NCBI RefSeq assembly: GCF_964213995.1
Contig: NW_027591003.1
Span: 62,001 to 126,000 of the forward strand
Source: Mustelus asterias
Lineage: Eukaryota
DNA length: 64,000 nucleotides
Reading direction: 5' to 3'
Each line of letters begins with the position of its first letter. Position 1 is the stretch's first letter. The position numbers and the translations under genes were made by a program. Of the stretch, positions 61,270 to 64,000 are shown piece after piece. The notes under the pieces were generated by a model. That model saw nothing but the letters and a program-made list of their open reading frames with translations. It had not been told where the DNA came from and did not search any database.

Positions 61270-62290
61270 AAAATCAGCAAGTGATAGTCCATAGGAAGGT
61301 GGCTGTGGTTATGGAGGGTCAGTCATCTCAGCTCAAGAACATCTCTGCCTTCGGGTAGTATCCTAAGCCGAACAGTCTTCAGCTGCTTCAGCAATGACCT
61401 TCCCTCCGTCGTAAGGTCAGAAGTGGGGATATTCACCAATGATTCGCCACTCATCAGATGGTGAAGCAGTCCATGTTCAAATGCAACAAGATCTGGACAA
61501 TATCCAGGCTTGAGTCTGACAGGTGGCAAGTAACATTCGCGCCACACAAATGCCAGGCAATGACAATCACAAATAAGGGAAACTCTAAACACAGTCCCTT
61601 GACTTTTGATGGTGTTAACATCACTGAATCAATGTCGACACTTTTGGGGTTACCATTGACCAGAAACTCAACTGGGCACACCACATAAACACAGTGGCTA
61701 CGAGAACAGTTCAGAGGCTAGGAATACCGCGGCGAGTAACTCAACTCCTGACTCCCCAAAGCCTATCAATCAACTAAAAGGTACTTGTCAAAAGTGCAAT
61801 GGAATACTCCCCACTTGGCTGGATGGGTGCAGCTCCAACAACACTCAGGAAGCTTGACACCATCCCGGACAAAGCAGCCCGCTTGATTGCCACGGATCTA
61901 CAAAGATCCAATCTCTCCACCACCGACGCTCAGTAGCAGCAGTGTATGCTATCTGCAAGATGCACTGCAGCAATTGACCAAAGATTCTTAGACAGCAGCT
62001 TCCACACTCAAGAACTCTTGCATCTAAAAGGACAACGGCGGCAGATAAATGGGAACACCTCCACCTGCAAGTTCCCCTCCAAGCCGTTCACCATCCCGAC
62101 TTGGAAATATATCGCCGTTCCTTCGCAGTCGCTGGGTCAAAATCCTGGAATTCCCTCCCTAACGGCATTCCACAGAACATGAACTGCAGCGATTCAAGAA
62201 GGCAGCTCACCACCACCTTCTCGAGGGCAACCAGGGATGGGCAATAAAGGCTGGCCATCCAGCGAGCCCATATCCCAAGAATGAATAAAC
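61270..62290 (+). mobile_element. Old non-LTR retrotransposon 3' part (non-CR1 family, clade uncertain); related remnants at ~6975-8425, 11640-12520 and 26873-27600
   Basis: Decayed RT and C-terminal motifs (cttcagctgcttcagcaatgaccttccc, KCQAMTI, ctcctgactccccaaagcct), with 3' end gggcaataaa.gctggcc...catcccaagaatgaat. Confidence 0.75.
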
Positions 62291-62459
62291 AAAATAATTA
62301 AACAATTTTCTCTAATCTTAGGACCATACATTCAAAGCATGAGAAGGACATTCCGCCCCTTGAGCTTTCTCCTCCATTCAGTAACATCATGGCTGAACTG
62401 ATTGTGCTGTTAACTCCATATTCCAACCTTTCCCCTCGCCTACGGAAAGTTAGCTGTCT

Positions 62460-63115
62460 ACTCTTTCCCGGATCTTTCCCCGATCCCTCGGCTTTCCACA
62501 TTTTTCCCCGGCTCCCTGCGCTTTGACCCGTCTCACTATGCTCTCTGCACATTTGACCCCCGCCCCCCCACTTCGCTTTTCCCCGCGTCTCTGCCATGAC
62601 TCCCTCTCCCTACACTTTCCCCAGGCTCTGTGCCCTTTCTCTGCTCTTTCTGGACTTTCTGTATGCTACGTTCCTTCCTGTATCTCCACTCTCTCTCTAC
62701 CATTGTCCCCCGGCTCTCTGCCCTTTTCCCCGCCTCTTTGCCCTTTCCCCCGACTCCTTGCTTTTTTCACCGGCATCCTGCCATTCCCCCTGGCTCTCTG
62801 CTCTTTCCCGCCAGCTCTTTTCCCAATCACCCGGCTGTATGCCCTTTCCCATGGTTCTCAGCCCTTTCCCCCCGACTCCCTGCATTTTCCTCCGGTTCTG
62901 TACTCTTTTCCAAGGCATTCTGTAATTTTCTCCGACTCTCTGTACTTCCTTTCATCTTTGTGCCCGTTCCACCGGCTGTCCATCCTTTAACCTGGTCTCT
63001 GAATTTCCCTGGCTGTCGGCCATTTCCACTTGCATCCTGTGGTTTCCCCGCCTCTGTGCAGTTTCCCTGGCTCTTGAGCTTCCCTTCATCTCTCTCTTGG
63101 CATTCTCCTGCATTT
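62460..63115 (-). repeat. Degenerate ~20-bp tandem repeat in JH-Cmu intron, G/A-rich on the sense strand
   Basis: Plus-strand units such as cccttttccc cgcctctttg / ccctttcccc cgactccttg / ccattccccc tggctctctg. Sense consensus is about GGGAAAGGGCAGAGAGCCGG, with roughly 30 units. Confidence 0.85.
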
Positions 63116-63165
63116 GGACATCACTCGTCTGCAGATCTCACTTCAGTTCTCTGTTGTTGAATAGA

Positions 63166-63216
63166 CCACCCCCCCCCCCCACCACCTCCCCACCTCCCTC
63201 CCCACCCACCGCCGCC
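63166..63216 (-). other. G-quadruplex motif on the IgM sense strand
   Basis: Minus strand reads GGCGGCGGTGGGTGGGGAGGGAGGTGGGGAGGTGGT-G12-TGG, giving at least four G3+ runs with short loops. Confidence 0.75.
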
Positions 63217-63227
63217 GATTTCGCGAC

Positions 63228-64000
63228 TGTGAGTGGGAGAGTGTGAGTGAGTGATGCTGGGTGAGGGATGAGGGTGAGTGAGTGAGGCTGATTGAATGAT
63301 GGTGAGTGAGTGAGAGTGAGTGACACAAAGAAGTTTCAGTGACTGAATAAGTGCATGGGGATGATGAAGATGAGTGCACATGAGTGAGTGTGAGTGAAGG
63401 TGAGTGAATGAGGGTGAGTGACGCAACTAAGTTTCAATGAGTGAGTGAGTGCATGGGGATGGATGAAGATGAGTGCATATGAGTGAGTGTGAGTGAACGT
63501 GAGTGAGTGAGGGTGAGTGAGGGCGACTGAGTGACGCTGTGTGAGTGAGGTAGTGTGAAAGTGAGTGAGTGAGAATGAGTGAATGATGTTGGACAGTGTG
63601 TGAGTGTCACTGAGAGTAACTGAGGTTGGGTGAGTGAACCAGGGTGACTGAGTGAGGTGGTGAAAGTGAGTGAGAGTGAATTAGTGAGTCTTAGTGAATT
63701 GTAATGAGTGACTGAGTGAGGGTGAGCGATTGTGAGTGAATCAGGATGTGTGAGTGAAGGTGATTGAGTTTCAGTGACGGCGAGTGATTGAGGAAGAGTG
63801 AGCGTGGGTGACTGAGAGATGGTGAGTGAGTGAGGTTGAGTGAGGATGAATGCCGATGGGTGTGTCAGGGTGAGGGTGGGTGAAGGTGAGTGTGGGTGAA
63901 TGAGGCTGGGTGAGTGGGGATGAGTGAATGAAGGTGGATGAATGAGAGTGTGTGAGCGAAAGAGGGTGCATAAGAGCATGTGAGTGAGTCGGGGTGAGTG
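63228..64000. repeat. (TGAG)n-based degenerate microsatellite with an internal ~98-bp duplication
   Basis: Dense GTGAGTGAGT/GGGTGAGTGA motifs to the window end. The block aagtttca...gtgcatggggat...gatgaagatgagtgca occurs at ~63331 and ~63429. Confidence 0.9.

Noticed and set aside
62523-63979. Pro/Ser/Phe-rich and His/Ser/Thr-rich ORFs up to 181 aa
   Set aside because: They are products of the pyrimidine-rich and (TGAG)n repeats, which lack stop codons in some frames. No domain signature is present.
60269-64000. JH, DH or VH segments and RSSs
   Set aside because: No WGxGT-type J segment was seen. The CACAGTG heptamers I checked (e.g. ~33454 and ~61690) lack a nonamer at the expected spacing. 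The V(D)J part must lie outside the window.

Overview
Vertebrate genomic DNA from a cartilaginous fish (shark). The assignment rests on the Ig mu constant-region sequence, HE1-type V-SINEs and CR1/Rex1/Penelope repeats. The only host protein-coding gene I can support is an IgM heavy-chain constant region on the minus strand. It has Cmu1 (60268-59969), Cmu2 (59761-59447), Cmu3 (58768-58460), Cmu4 plus secretory tail (56418-56024), TM1 (48338-48211) and TM2 (48080-48072). All junctions are GT-AG, in phase and stop-free. V/D/J segments must lie beyond position 64000. The JH-Cmu intron holds a ~20-bp tandem repeat that is G-rich on the transcribed strand and rich in AID hotspots, a G-quadruplex motif and a (TGAG)n block, together a switch-region-like arrangement. 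Downstream of the gene lies a ~11.5 kb field of about a dozen decayed tRNA genes around one perfect tRNA-Lys(CTT). Next comes an apparently intact full-length CR1 LINE (ORF1 esterase plus ORF2 APE-RT). Last is a large, old tandem segmental duplication (about 1-8.7 kb versus 15.6-28 kb) whose best-conserved blocks carry octamer, ETS, E-box, PU.1, NFI, MEF2 and FOX motifs, a candidate 3' IgH regulatory region. Most other ORFs in the track are retroelement fragments or low-complexity artefacts. All identities were estimated by eye.
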